Positions 1 to 9,859 of a DNA stretch of 64,000 bases are shown here, piece by piece. The stretch's first letter is position 1. Each line of letters begins with the position of its first letter. The notes below the pieces were generated by a model. The model worked only from the letters and a program-made list of their open reading frames with translations, searched no databases and was not told the origin of the DNA. Source of the stretch: Candidatus Aminicenantes bacterium (lineage in GTDB: Bacteria > Acidobacteriota > Aminicenantia > Aminicenantales > Saccharicenantaceae); assembly GCA_963813235.1 (NCBI GenBank), contig CAWEYF010000006.1, positions 42,916 to 106,915 of the forward strand, read 5' to 3'. The position numbers and the translations under genes are program-made.

Positions 1-204
1 CAGGTCTTCGCCCTCTACATCGCGGCTTATTCCGTCATCCGTTTCGTGACGGAATATTTCCGGGGCGACCATCCGGACAAGGCGTACCTCGTCCAGGGCG
101 CCACGCCCTTCGCCAGCCTTTCCTATCCCCAGGTCTGGTGTGTCCTGGGCCTGGCCGGAGGGGCCCTGTTCTACATGGTGATGAAGAAACGCCAACGTGC
201 CTAA
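1..204 (+). CDS. lgt: prolipoprotein diacylglyceryl transferase, C-terminal fragment (5' end lies outside the window)
   Basis: Frame-1 translation ...FVTEYFRGDHPDKAYLVQGATPFASLSYPQVWCVLGLAGGALFYMVMKKRQRA* resembles the Lgt C-terminus (FxxEFFRxD motif plus a hydrophobic tail). Stop is TAA at 202-204. Confidence 0.45.
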   Translation, partial: QVFALYIAAYSVIRFVTEYFRGDHPDKAYLVQGATPFASLSYPQVWCVLGLAGGALFYMVMKKRQRA

Positions 205-1135
205 GATAGAGTTCGTGGTTGCCCCCGGCCCCGGGTCCGGCGCCCGTTTGGATGTCTGGCTCGCCGGGCAGGTCCCCGGGCTGAGCCGCGCGGCGGCCCG
301 CAAGCTCATCGACGACGGGAGGGTTCTGGTCAACGGAAAGGCCGGGAAGGCGAGCGCTCGGCTCAAGGAAGGAGACAAGGTCGCGGCCGGGCTCGAGCTC
401 CGGGAGGACGCCGCCGAGGCACCCGGACCCCAGGAGATCCCCCTGGAGGTCCTATTTGCCGACGAGGACATCATCGTTCTCGACAAACCCTCCGGATTGG
501 TCGTCCACCCGGGGGCCGGCAACGAGGAGGGGACTCTCGCAAACGCGCTCGTCGCCCTCTTTCCGGAATTGGCCGGGGTGGGGCCCAGGGAGAGGCCGGG
601 AATCGTCCACCGGCTCGACAAAGGGACGTCGGGCGTGATGGTCGCCGCCCGCTCCCCGAGGGCCTACGCGTCCCTCGTCGGCCAGTTCAAGCGGCATGAC
701 GTCCGGAAGACCTATTTCGGTCTCGTCTACGGCCGGGTCGCCGCGGCCGAAGGGCGCATCGACTGGCCCATCGGCCGGCATGCCACGAAGAGGAAGAGGA
801 TCTCCACGCATTCGAAAAATCCCCGGCAGGCGGAGACCTTCTTCCGGGTCCTCGAAGTCCTGCCGCGTGCGACCCTCCTCGAGGTCCGCCCGCTCACCGG
901 ACGGACCCACCAGATCCGGGTTCACCTGGCGGCCGCCGGCCACCCGATCGTCGGCGACGCCCTGTACGGCCGCAAAAATGAAGCGAAGAGATATCCCCGG
1001 ATCTTCCTCCACGCCCGGTCCATCTCCTTCCTCCACCCCGGGACGGGGGAGCGTCTCGAATTCGCGGCGCCGCTCCCCGCGGAGCTCGAGGCGGTCCTCG
1101 AAGCCGAGCGGCACCGGCTGGCATTTAGGACTTGA
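197..1135 (+). CDS. rluD: RluA-family 23S rRNA pseudouridine synthase (RluD-like) with an N-terminal S4 domain
   Basis: 312 aa ORF. S4-like N-terminus (LDVWLAGQVPGLSRAAARKLIDDGRVLVNGK) and catalytic motif HRLDKGTSGVMV. GTG start at 197 overlaps the lgt stop. Confidence 0.85.
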   Translation: MPKIEFVVAPGPGSGARLDVWLAGQVPGLSRAAARKLIDDGRVLVNGKAGKASARLKEGDKVAAGLELREDAAEAPGPQEIPLEVLFADEDIIVLDKPSGLVVHPGAGNEEGTLANALVALFPELAGVGPRERPGIVHRLDKGTSGVMVAARSPRAYASLVGQFKRHDVRKTYFGLVYGRVAAAEGRIDWPIGRHATKRKRISTHSKNPRQAETFFRVLEVLPRATLLEVRPLTGRTHQIRVHLAAAGHPIVGDALYGRKNEAKRYPRIFLHARSISFLHPGTGERLEFAAPLPAELEAVLEAERHRLAFRT

Positions 1136-1228
1136 GGAAATTCCCGAAATTCATTATCATATCTTCTTTTTCTCCAAGCGACCCGGATCCTTGGCGGACA
1201 GCGACAGGCGGCCCATGGAGGATTGCCG

Positions 1229-3325
1229 ATGAAAGATTACGCGGCGGACAGGATCAGAAACCTCGCCCTCGTCGGGCACGGCTCGTCGGGGAAGACCTCG
1301 CTGGCCGCGGCCATCCTCTTCAACGGCGGCGTGACCTCGCGCCTGACGAAGGTGGACAAGGGGAACACCGTCACGGACTTCGAGCCCGAGGAGATCGAAC
1401 GTAAGATCTCGATCAGCTCGGCCGCCTGCTCCGTCGAGCACAAGGACCACAAGATCAACATCCTGGACACCCCGGGGTACAGCAATTTCCTCTGGGATAC
1501 CCGGGCCTCCCTCCGGGCCGTGGACGCGGCCGCCGTCCTCGTCGATGCCGTCTACGGGGTCGAGGTCGGGACCGAGAAGGTCTGGGAGATGATCGAGGAG
1601 ACCGGCCTGCCCCGGCTCGTCGTTATCAACAAGATGGACCGCGAGAACGCGAGCTTCGGCCGGGCCCTCGAGTCCGTCCGCCAGTTCTTCGGCCGCCAGG
1701 CCGTCCCCGTCCAGATGCCGATCGGCGAGGAGAAGAGCTTCGCCGGGGTCATCGACCTCGTCGGTCTCAGGGCGTACGCCTACGAGAGGGATGAAAGCGG
1801 GAAGTTCACCGAACAGGACGTGCCCGCGAACCTGAAGGACGAGGCCGCCCGGAGGGCCAAGGAGCTGGTCGAGATGATCGCCGAAAGCGACGAGAAGCTC
1901 ATGGAGAAGTACCTCGAAAAGGGCGAGCTGGGCCCCGAAGAGGTCCGCCTGGGCCTCAAGAGGGCCATCCTCGGACGCCAGCTCTTCCCGGTCTTCGCGG
2001 CCTCGGGCCTGCTCAACGTCGGGGCCCAGGCTCTCCTCGACGCGGTCGTGGCTTACATGCCGTCTCCCGTCGAAAGGGGCGAGGCGGAGGTCACGATCAA
2101 CGGGAAGGAGGCGCGGCTCAAGCCGGCCCCGGACGCCCCGTTCGCGGCCCTGGTCTTCAAGACGATCTCCGACCCCTACACCGGGCGCATCTCCCTGATG
2201 CGGGTCCTTTCGGGGACGGTCAACCCCGACGCGACGGTCACGAACTCGACCCGGGACGCCGACGAGAAGCTCGGCGGCCTCTTCTTCCCCCAGGGGAAGG
2301 AGCAGGTCCCCGCCGGGCAGGGCAAGGCCGGCGACATCGTCGCGACGGCCAAGCTGAAGGTGACGGCGACCGGCGACACGCTGTGCGCCAAGGGCGCCGG
2401 GATCGTCATCCCGACCATAAGATTCCCCGAACCCTCGATCTCTTTCGCCATCGAGCCCAAGACCCGGGCCGACGAAGACAAGATCTCCCAGGCCTCCCAC
2501 CGGATCACGGACGAGGACCCCACCGTGCGGTTCGAGCGCGACCCGGACACCAGCCAGCTCCTCATTTCGGGGAACGGCGAGCTCCACGTCCGTATCATCA
2601 CGGACAAGCTGAAGAAGCGCTTCAATGTCGACGTCGACCTCAAGCCGCCCAAGATCTCCTACAAGGAGACCATCCGGGGCCGGGCGGACGTCAATGGTCG
2701 CCACAAGAAGCAGACGGGCGGCCGCGGCCAGTTCGGCGACGTCTGGATCAAGATGGAGCCCCTGCCCCGCGGCAAGGACTTCGAGTTCGAGGACAAGATC
2801 TTCGGCGGGGCCATCCCCCGGAACTTCATCCCCTCGGTCGAGAAGGGCATGCTGGAGTCCCGGAAGAAGGGCGTCCTGGCCGGCTACCCGGTCGTCGATT
2901 TCAAGGTCATCCTCTACGACGGGTCCTACCACGACGTCGACTCGTCGGACATCGCGTTCAAGATCGCCGCCTCCAAGGCCTTCAAGAAGGCCATGAAGGA
3001 AGCCAAGCCGACCATCCTCGAGCCGGTCATGAACGTCGAGGTCTATACACCCGAAGCGTACATGGGCGACATCATGGGCAATCTCAACGGCCGCCGGGGC
3101 AAGGTCCAGGGCATGGAACAGAAGGGGACGATGCGCGTCCTCAAGGCGGCCGTCCCGATGTCGGAGATGCTCGATTTCGAGCCCAACCTGACCTCGATCA
3201 CGGGCGGCCGCGGCTCGTTCATGATGGAGTTCTCGCACTACGAGGAAGCCCCCAGCCACATCCAGCAGAAGATCATCGCCGACGCGGTCAAGGAAGGCCG
3301 GGTCAGGCCGGAAGAAGAGGACTGA
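1229..3325 (+). CDS. elongation factor G paralogue (EF-G2-like) with altered GTPase motifs
   Basis: About 698 aa, collinear with EF-G through domains I-V. G1 is GHGSSGKTS, switch I is RKISISSA instead of RGITITSA, G3 is DTPGYSNF instead of DTPGHVDF, and G4 NKMD is intact. GGAGGA sits 7 nt upstream of the ATG at 1229. Confidence 0.8.
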   Translation: MKDYAADRIRNLALVGHGSSGKTSLAAAILFNGGVTSRLTKVDKGNTVTDFEPEEIERKISISSAACSVEHKDHKINILDTPGYSNFLWDTRASLRAVDAAAVLVDAVYGVEVGTEKVWEMIEETGLPRLVVINKMDRENASFGRALESVRQFFGRQAVPVQMPIGEEKSFAGVIDLVGLRAYAYERDESGKFTEQDVPANLKDEAARRAKELVEMIAESDEKLMEKYLEKGELGPEEVRLGLKRAILGRQLFPVFAASGLLNVGAQALLDAVVAYMPSPVERGEAEVTINGKEARLKPAPDAPFAALVFKTISDPYTGRISLMRVLSGTVNPDATVTNSTRDADEKLGGLFFPQGKEQVPAGQGKAGDIVATAKLKVTATGDTLCAKGAGIVIPTIRFPEPSISFAIEPKTRADEDKISQASHRITDEDPTVRFERDPDTSQLLISGNGELHVRIITDKLKKRFNVDVDLKPPKISYKETIRGRADVNGRHKKQTGGRGQFGDVWIKMEPLPRGKDFEFEDKIFGGAIPRNFIPSVEKGMLESRKKGVLAGYPVVDFKVILYDGSYHDVDSSDIAFKIAASKAFKKAMKEAKPTILEPVMNVEVYTPEAYMGDIMGNLNGRRGKVQGMEQKGTMRVLKAAVPMSEMLDFEPNLTSITGGRGSFMMEFSHYEEAPSHIQQKIIADAVKEGRVRPEEED

Positions 3326-3404
3326 CGCCCGCCCGGCGGGCGTGAGCCCTTGACCGGGCCGGCGAACCGGTCTACGATGGTCCGCTGATCCCGATATCGG
3401 AGGC

Positions 3405-4295
3405 GTGTTCCCGATGGTCGTCATCCTAAAGACCGTACTCTCCCTGATGACTGCGCTCTTCGGCGCCTACTTCCTCTCGGACGCCCTCAGGAACAGGAAA
3501 GGCTTCTCCTGCAAGCCTTGGGCGGGATTCCTGGGGACCGGCTTCGTCACCAACTTCCTGGATACTCTGGGCATCGGGAGTTTCGCCCAGCAAACGGCGA
3601 TCTTCAAACTCTTCCGGCTCGTCGACGACCGGATCATCCCCGGCACGATGAACGTCGGCAATACGTTCCCGACCGTCGCCGAAGCGCTCATCTTCATGTC
3701 GGCGGTCCCGGTCGATCCGCTGACCCTGGTTTCAATGTCTCTCGCGGCGCCGGCCGGGTCGGTCCTGGGGGCCGGCGTCGTGGCGCGAATGTCCCGGCGA
3801 AGGATCCAGCTGGGGATGGGCTTCGGGCTGGCGGTCGTGGCCGTCACGATGCTCGGCGGCCTGCTCCGTTGGTTCCCGATGGGCGGCGAGGCGATCGGGC
3901 TCGCGGGCTGGAAGCTCGTCGTGGCCGCCGTCCTGAGCTTCGCCTTCGGCGCCCTGCAGACCATCGGCGTCGGGTTCTATGCGCCGTGCATGGCCATCGT
4001 CTACGCGCTGGGGATGCACCCGCGGACGGCGTTCCCGATCATGATGACCGCGACGGCTATGCTGATGGCCGCGGGGAGCGCCCGGTTCGTCAAGGAGAGG
4101 GCCTACGATAGAAAGGCCGCCCTCGGTCTGAGCGCGGCCGGGATCCTGGGGGTCTTCCTCGCGGCCTGGGTCGTGCGGTCCCTTCCCCTGGCCCTCATCA
4201 AATGGGTGGTCATCGTTGCCGTGCTTTACACGTCGGTCTGGATGTTCATATCGGCCCGGAGCGCGGGCGGGCCCGAAGCGCCGCCGTGCGATTAA
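3405..4295 (+). CDS. TSUP/TauE-SafE family membrane transporter
   Basis: 296 aa polytopic membrane protein with Gly-rich helices (LGIGSF..., GLAGWKLVVAAVLSFAFGALQTIGVGF) typical of DUF81/TauE. Confidence 0.55.
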   Translation: MFPMVVILKTVLSLMTALFGAYFLSDALRNRKGFSCKPWAGFLGTGFVTNFLDTLGIGSFAQQTAIFKLFRLVDDRIIPGTMNVGNTFPTVAEALIFMSAVPVDPLTLVSMSLAAPAGSVLGAGVVARMSRRRIQLGMGFGLAVVAVTMLGGLLRWFPMGGEAIGLAGWKLVVAAVLSFAFGALQTIGVGFYAPCMAIVYALGMHPRTAFPIMMTATAMLMAAGSARFVKERAYDRKAALGLSAAGILGVFLAAWVVRSLPLALIKWVVIVAVLYTSVWMFISARSAGGPEAPPCD

Positions 4296-4314
4296 ATCCC
4301 CCCAAACCCCCCTT

Positions 4315-4437
4315 TAGGAAAGGGGGGAATTCCGTGGAGCGGGATTGGCACAACGTAGGAAAGGGGGGAATTCCGTGAAGCCGGATCGGCACAACTTAGG
4401 CAAGGGGGGAGTCCCGGGGAACCGCGTCGGAACAACC
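4315..4437. repeat. three tandem 41-bp direct repeats, immediately preceded by a 9-bp-stem GC hairpin at 4307-4327
   Basis: Units are 4315-4355, 4356-4396 and 4397-4437. Consensus taggaaaggggggaattccgtgNagcNggatNggcacaac; the third copy is more diverged. The hairpin is cccccctttaggaaagggggg. The repeat lies between the convergent TSUP and MFS genes. Confidence 0.8.
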
Positions 4438-4465
4438 CGGGCGCGGTGATGAGCCTGGAAATGCC

Positions 4466-5644
4466 CTAGGCCGCGCAGGTCTCCCCTCTGCCCGCCTTTT
4501 CCTTGACGAACATCAGCAGGATCCCGGAAACGAGCGTGAGTCCAAGCGAGAAATAGAACGGGGCGGCGGTACCGAGCGACTCCCAAAGCACGCCGGCGAT
4601 GAGCGAGGCAGGAAGGGCGCAGAGGCCGATGATCATCTGGAACCCGCCCAGACAGCTTGCCCGGAAGGCGAGCGGGGAAAGCTCGCAGACAAGCGTCCTT
4701 TGGACCGGGTCGAGGGCGGCCTTGTGGACGCCGTAGAGGACGAAGACAAGGACGATGAGGGCGTAGCTCCGGCTGACGAGGATCCCCAGGCAGACGGCGG
4801 CCCAGAGCCCGTAGGCCATGAAGAGGACGGGCTTGCGGCCGATCCTGTCGGACAGCCGGCCGAACGGGATCGAAAGGACGGAGGCCGTGAAACTGTATAT
4901 CAGGTAGAGGACGGGGACGAAGGCGACGGCGAAGCCGAACTTCCTGGCATAGATGATCAGGAACGAGTAGGTGAACGCCCCCAGGGCGAAGACGGCGTTC
5001 AGAGCGAAATAGAGCTTGAGGTTCGGACCCAGGTCCTTCAGGGAGAGGCCCTTGTAGACCTTGATCCCTTCCGCCTTGCGCTCTCTGACCGCCGTGAGGA
5101 CGAGCAGGCTCGCGGCCAGGCCGGGGATGGCGGCCAGGGCAAAGAGCATCCTGTAGCCGATCAGGTTCACGAACGCGATGCAGATGAGGACGCCGACGAC
5201 CGCTCCGCCGTTATCCATCGCCCGCATGAGGCCGAAGTGACCCCCGCGGTTGGCGTCGGTCGACAGGTCGGCGATGATGGCGTCGCGGGGTGCGCTTCGG
5301 ATCTTCCCCGCACGGTCGAGGACGCGGAAGGGGATGAGGTGCTGCCAGACGGCCGAGATCGCGTAGCCCAGGCGTGAGACGCCGCCGCAGAGATAACCGA
5401 TCCAGATGAAAACCTTGCGCTTCCGGATCCTGTCCGAGACGTAGCCGGACAGGGCCTGGGACAGCGAGACAATGGCCTCGCCCAGCCCGTCGAGGAAGCC
5501 CAGGGCGGCCATGTTGGCCTTGAGGACCTGGGTCACGAAGAGGGGCCAGACAGGGTAGATGATATCCGAGCCCATGTCGTTGAGGAACGAGGCGAGGGCG
5601 AAGGTCCGGACGGTCTTCCGGGTTTCGGGTCCCTTGTTTTCCAT
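4466..5644 (-). CDS. MFS transporter
   Basis: 392 aa with 12 predicted helices and MFS signature-like GRLSDRIGRKPVL. Confidence 0.8.
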   Translation of the reverse strand: MENKGPETRKTVRTFALASFLNDMGSDIIYPVWPLFVTQVLKANMAALGFLDGLGEAIVSLSQALSGYVSDRIRKRKVFIWIGYLCGGVSRLGYAISAVWQHLIPFRVLDRAGKIRSAPRDAIIADLSTDANRGGHFGLMRAMDNGGAVVGVLICIAFVNLIGYRMLFALAAIPGLAASLLVLTAVRERKAEGIKVYKGLSLKDLGPNLKLYFALNAVFALGAFTYSFLIIYARKFGFAVAFVPVLYLIYSFTASVLSIPFGRLSDRIGRKPVLFMAYGLWAAVCLGILVSRSYALIVLVFVLYGVHKAALDPVQRTLVCELSPLAFRASCLGGFQMIIGLCALPASLIAGVLWESLGTAAPFYFSLGLTLVSGILLMFVKEKAGRGETCAA

Positions 5645-5731
5645 TGGCGGTGATTATAGCGGAACTCGGGCCCGTTTGACAGGGTTTCGGGGCCGGGGAT
5701 ATGATAGCCGGGACTCGAACGAGGAGGCTGA

Positions 5732-7447
5732 ATGATCATGTCCGGAACCAGAATCCCGATGCACATCGCGGGCGCCGCCCTGTCTCTTGCGGTCGTTTTC
5801 CTGACCGCCTCGGCGCGACCCCAGGTCCCGAGGACCCCCGGCGAGGCCGCCGGCTACAAGGCCTACTCGCAAAACGAGGATATCGCCCTGTTCCTGACGC
5901 TGGCGGACGCCGCGTCGCCGGAGCTCGCCGTCCGGATCGTCGGTCGCACGGCGGACGTGGACGGTTACGCCGGTCGTGACATCTACCTTTGTCTCCTGAC
6001 GGAGAGCGGCGCGGCGGAAGTCGCGGCGCTCGACCGGTCCAAACCCACGCTCCTCCTGACGGCCTCCCAGCACGGCAACGAGCAATCGGCCAAGGAGGCG
6101 GCCCTCCGCTTCGTCCGGGACCTCGCCTTCGGGGACCTCAAGCCGCTCCTCAAGGCGATGAACGTCCTCGTCGTCCCCCAGTCGAACCCTTACGGGAACG
6201 CCTTCGGCGTCCGGGAGAACGAGATCGGGCTCGACCTCAACCGGGACCACGTCAAGCTCGAGTCCGAGAGCGTCCGGGCCCTCCACCGCGTCTACCGGGA
6301 GTGGACGCCCGAGGTCACGATGGACGTCCACGAGAAGGGCGACGACTATTACCGCGTCTCGATCGGCTGCGTCTCGAACGCCAACATCGCCCCCGCGCTC
6401 CAGGAATTCTCCCGGACGGTGCTCCTGGCCGAGGTCGGGAAGGAGCTCTCGAAAAAGGGCGTCGCGTTCCACGAGTATCTCATCACCGAGGACCTGGGCG
6501 TCGATACATCGAGCGGCGCCCGCGGGCTCGAGCGCGAGGACCGTGGGCCGGTCGAAAAGATGAAGCGCTTCAGCACGACGGACCTCAACGACGGGCGGAA
6601 CAGCTTCGGGATCTACGAAAGCCTGTCCTTCATCCAGGAAGGGGCGTCCCGGCATGACATCGGGACTCTCGAGGCGAGGACCGGATGGCAGTACGCCGGC
6701 ATCCGCGCGTTCTCTTCTTCGGTCGCCGGCCACGCGGGGGAGGTCCTGAAGATGGTCGCAAACCGCCGAGCCAGGCTCCTCGAGAGGGCCGAGGCCCGGG
6801 CCGATTCGGACCCTGTCCATCTGAGGATGGAGTACGTCCGGGACCCGAAGGTGCCCGAGATCGTCCTCAAGAAGTTCGCGCCGGCCGGGCCGGAGGTCCT
6901 CGGTGTCCTCAAGACCGATAAGAAAGCAGGCGAGGAACTCCTCGAAACGGACCTCGTGCCGGCGGACGCGCCCGCGGGCCGCAAGGTGGTGGCCGATGTC
7001 GTCAAGCATTGGTTCCCGGACGTGGCGCCGACGCTGAGCGTCCCGCGACCCGTCGGGTACATTGTGCCATCCGCCCGGGCGGACGTGGTGAGAACGCTCC
7101 TCGACCACGGGGTGGCCGTCGAGGTGCTCGCGAAGGACGCGCCCATCGAGGTCGCGGCCTACGAGGTCAAGGAACTCATTCCCGCGAAGGAGGATTACCT
7201 GGCCCCCGAGACCATCGAGGTCGCCAAAAAGACGACGACGACGATCGCCCGCAAGGGCGACCTCTACGTCTCCTGCGTCCAGGCCGCGGCCAACCTGGTC
7301 CCGAGCCTACTCGAGCCCCAGTCGGCCTACGGCCTCATCCGGTACCGGAAGTACGGGCTGGTCCCCGACAAGGGCGGAATATTCGCCATCTATCGAATTG
7401 AAAAGAAACAGAATATCCCCGTGATCCCGTACAAGCCCTGGTCATGA
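5732..7447 (+). CDS. secreted M14-family zinc carboxypeptidase
   Basis: Signal peptide, Zn-ligand/substrate motifs QHGNEQS...NPYG...NRDH, and a long C-terminal domain. RBS GAGGAGG lies upstream. Confidence 0.8.
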   Translation: MIMSGTRIPMHIAGAALSLAVVFLTASARPQVPRTPGEAAGYKAYSQNEDIALFLTLADAASPELAVRIVGRTADVDGYAGRDIYLCLLTESGAAEVAALDRSKPTLLLTASQHGNEQSAKEAALRFVRDLAFGDLKPLLKAMNVLVVPQSNPYGNAFGVRENEIGLDLNRDHVKLESESVRALHRVYREWTPEVTMDVHEKGDDYYRVSIGCVSNANIAPALQEFSRTVLLAEVGKELSKKGVAFHEYLITEDLGVDTSSGARGLEREDRGPVEKMKRFSTTDLNDGRNSFGIYESLSFIQEGASRHDIGTLEARTGWQYAGIRAFSSSVAGHAGEVLKMVANRRARLLERAEARADSDPVHLRMEYVRDPKVPEIVLKKFAPAGPEVLGVLKTDKKAGEELLETDLVPADAPAGRKVVADVVKHWFPDVAPTLSVPRPVGYIVPSARADVVRTLLDHGVAVEVLAKDAPIEVAAYEVKELIPAKEDYLAPETIEVAKKTTTTIARKGDLYVSCVQAAANLVPSLLEPQSAYGLIRYRKYGLVPDKGGIFAIYRIEKKQNIPVIPYKPWS

Positions 7448-7504
7448 CAAACCGGTCACGACGATGGGCCAGCGACCAAGAAAGGCGACGGCGTTTTTCA
7501 GAGC

Positions 7505-8437
7505 CTATACATTGCACTCCTGGACGGTCTTTGTCACCGAGGCGACGGTCTTCTGGAGCAGGGCGTTCTCTTCGGCGGTCAGCTTGATCTCGAAGATCCG
7601 CTCGAGGCCCTTGCCCCCGATCATGCAGGGAACCCCCAGGAAGAGGCCGTTGATGCCGTATTCGCCCTGACAGAGGGCCGCGCAGGGGAGGATGCGCCGT
7701 TTGTCCTTGAGGTAGGACTCGGCCATGACGATGACGCTCCAGGCCGGGCTGAAGAACGCTGAGCCCTTGCCGAAGAGCTTGACGATCTCGGTGCCGGCCT
7801 CGCGGGTCCGGACGACGAGCCGGTCGATCTGCTCCTTCGTGGCGATCTCGTCGAGCGGCACGCCGCCGACGGTCGTCAGACGGGGCAGGGGGACCATGTC
7901 GGGCCCATGCCCGCCCATGACGGTCCCGGCGACGTCCGCGACGGACACGCCGAGCTCCATGGCGATGAAGGCCCGCCAGCGGGCTGTGTCCAGGGTTCCG
8001 GCCATGCCGACGACCTGGGTCTTGGGGAAACCCGTGAGCTTGTGGAAGACGTAGACCATGGCGTCGAGAGGGTTGGTGACGATGATGCAGAAGGCCTTGG
8101 GGGCATACTGCTTGACGCCGTTGGCCACATCCGTGATGATCTTGATGTTGACGGCCAGGAGGTCCTCCCGGGTCATGCCGGCTTCGCGCGGCTTCCCGGC
8201 GGTGACGATGACGACGTCGGCGCCAGCGATGTCCTTGTAGTCCGAGGTGCCGGTGATGTTGGCGTCGTAGTTGCCGTGGGGGGCCATCTCCATGAGGTCG
8301 AGGGCCTTGCCCTTGCAGACGTTCTCGTACGGGGGCACGTCCAGAATGACGATGTCCCCGAGCTCCTTCTGGCCGGCGAGCATGGCCAGGATCTGGCCGA
8401 TCTGTCCGCCGCCGATGAGCGCGATCTTCTTTCTCAT
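7505..8437 (-). CDS. mdh: malate dehydrogenase (LDH-like MDH)
   Basis: MRKKIALIGGGQIGQILAMLAGQKELGDIVILD Rossmann N-terminus, 310 aa, collinear with Mdh. Confidence 0.9.
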   Translation of the reverse strand: MRKKIALIGGGQIGQILAMLAGQKELGDIVILDVPPYENVCKGKALDLMEMAPHGNYDANITGTSDYKDIAGADVVIVTAGKPREAGMTREDLLAVNIKIITDVANGVKQYAPKAFCIIVTNPLDAMVYVFHKLTGFPKTQVVGMAGTLDTARWRAFIAMELGVSVADVAGTVMGGHGPDMVPLPRLTTVGGVPLDEIATKEQIDRLVVRTREAGTEIVKLFGKGSAFFSPAWSVIVMAESYLKDKRRILPCAALCQGEYGINGLFLGVPCMIGGKGLERIFEIKLTAEENALLQKTVASVTKTVQECNV

Positions 8438-8468
8438 GCGGGCATCTCCTTATTAGGTTTAATATTCC

Positions 8469-9670
8469 TCAGCCCTTGACGTACCCTTCCCAGGTCTCCC
8501 TGAGATTGGGGCTGACAATCCAATCCATGAGGTAGTTCGTAAAGTCCGTGCCGGTGGCCCCGTTCGGTCGGCCGGTGATGACCAGCTTCTTCTCGTACTG
8601 GCCGGTGACGTCGAGGGCCATCTCGAGCTTCCGGGCCTCTTCGGGGTGCCCGATGTGGGCGATGAGCATCGCGGCCGCCCGGATCATGCTGCATGGGTCG
8701 GCGTACTGGGCCCGGCCCTCGGTGACCATCCGGGGCGCCGAGCCGTGGATGGCCTCGAACATGGCGTACTGCTTGCCGATGTTGGCGCTCCCGGCCGTCC
8801 CCACGCCTCCCTGGAACTCGGCGGCTTCGTCGGTCAGGATGTCGCCGTAGAGGTTGGGCAGGACCATGACCTGGAAATCCCGGCGGCGCTTCTCGTCGAT
8901 GAGCTTGGCGGTCATGATATCGATGTACCAGTCGTCGGTCTGGATGCCGGGGTATTCCTTGGCGATGCGGTAGAAGTTCTCGAGGAACCGTCCGTCGGTC
9001 GTCTTGACGACGTTGGCCTTGGTGACACAGGTGACCTTCGTCCGGCCGTTGGCCTTGGCGTGCTCGAAGGCCAGCCGGCAGATGCGGTCGGCGCCGGGGG
9101 CCGTGATGAGCCTGAAATCGATGGCGATGTCCGCGTCGACCTCGATGCCGTAGGGGCCGAGGGCGTAGAGGTCCTCGGTGTTCTCCCTGAAGAACATCCA
9201 GTTGATGCCCTGTTTGGGGACGCGGACGGGCCGGACGTTGGCGAAGAGATCGAGTTCCTTCCGAACGGCGACGTTGCAGCTCTCGATGTTCGGCCAGGGA
9301 TCGCCCTTCCGCGGGGTCGTCGTCGGCCCCTTGAGGGTGACGTGAAATTTCTTGATCTCGGCCAGGACGTCGTCCGGGATGGCCTTCCCGTGGGCGGCCC
9401 GGTTCTCGATGGTCAGGCCCTCGATGTCGCGGATCTCGACCTGGCCTTCCTTGACCTGGTCCTTGAGCAGGAACTCGAGGATGCGCTTCGATTCGGCGGC
9501 GATCGTCGGCCCGATGCCGTCGCCGGCGAGGATCCCGATCCGGATCGGCCGGAGCTTCTTGTAGTCGATCCAGCCGGGCATGGATTTGATCTTTTCCATG
9601 CGTTTCATCTGGATCTCGAGGAGCCTGCCGAAGTGCTCCTTGGCGCGCTCGATGGCGACGTTGTCCATGC
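8469..9670 (-). CDS. icd: isocitrate dehydrogenase
   Basis: KGPTTTPRKGD...NVAVRKELDLFANVRPV and NLYGDILTDEAAEFQGGVGTAGSANIG match IDH and IPMDH-fold motifs. Start trimmed to the ATG at 9670, with GGAGG 7 nt upstream. Confidence 0.75.
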
Positions 9671-9773
9671 AATATCCTCCCTTCGTGGAATTGAACCGGC
9701 TATGGAATCTGGATTCTACTATGAAGAAAGGGAAAAAGCAACCTTGACCGGGCCGGGCGGAAGAAAATAGTTT

Positions 9774-9802
9774 TTGACAAAACGGGACGAAAAATCTATA
9801 CA
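9774..9802 (+). promoter_or_regulatory. candidate sigma70-type promoter for acnB
   Basis: TTGACA (9774-9779), a 17-nt spacer, then TATACA (9797-9802), about 58 nt upstream of the acnB start, inside the mdh-icd / acnB divergent intergenic region. Confidence 0.3.
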
Positions 9803-9859
9803 GGGGAGTGCAGTCGGAGGAGGCGAGCCCCGACCGACACGACAAGAGGGAGGCCCGAT

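Noticed and set aside
1157-3424. 755-aa minus-strand ORF antisense to the EF-G gene. Similar long antisense ORFs include 5654..7108, 8434..9672, 18496..19533, 20743..22740, 26156..28081, 27699..29249, 29865..30956 and 49155..50681.
   Set aside because: Low-complexity Arg/Gly/Pro/Asp-rich translations, typical of stop-poor frames in 65-70% GC DNA. The opposite strand in each case encodes a well-conserved protein.
4315-4437. Possible CRISPR array.
   Set aside because: The repeats are contiguous with no spacers, there are only 3 units, and no cas genes are present.
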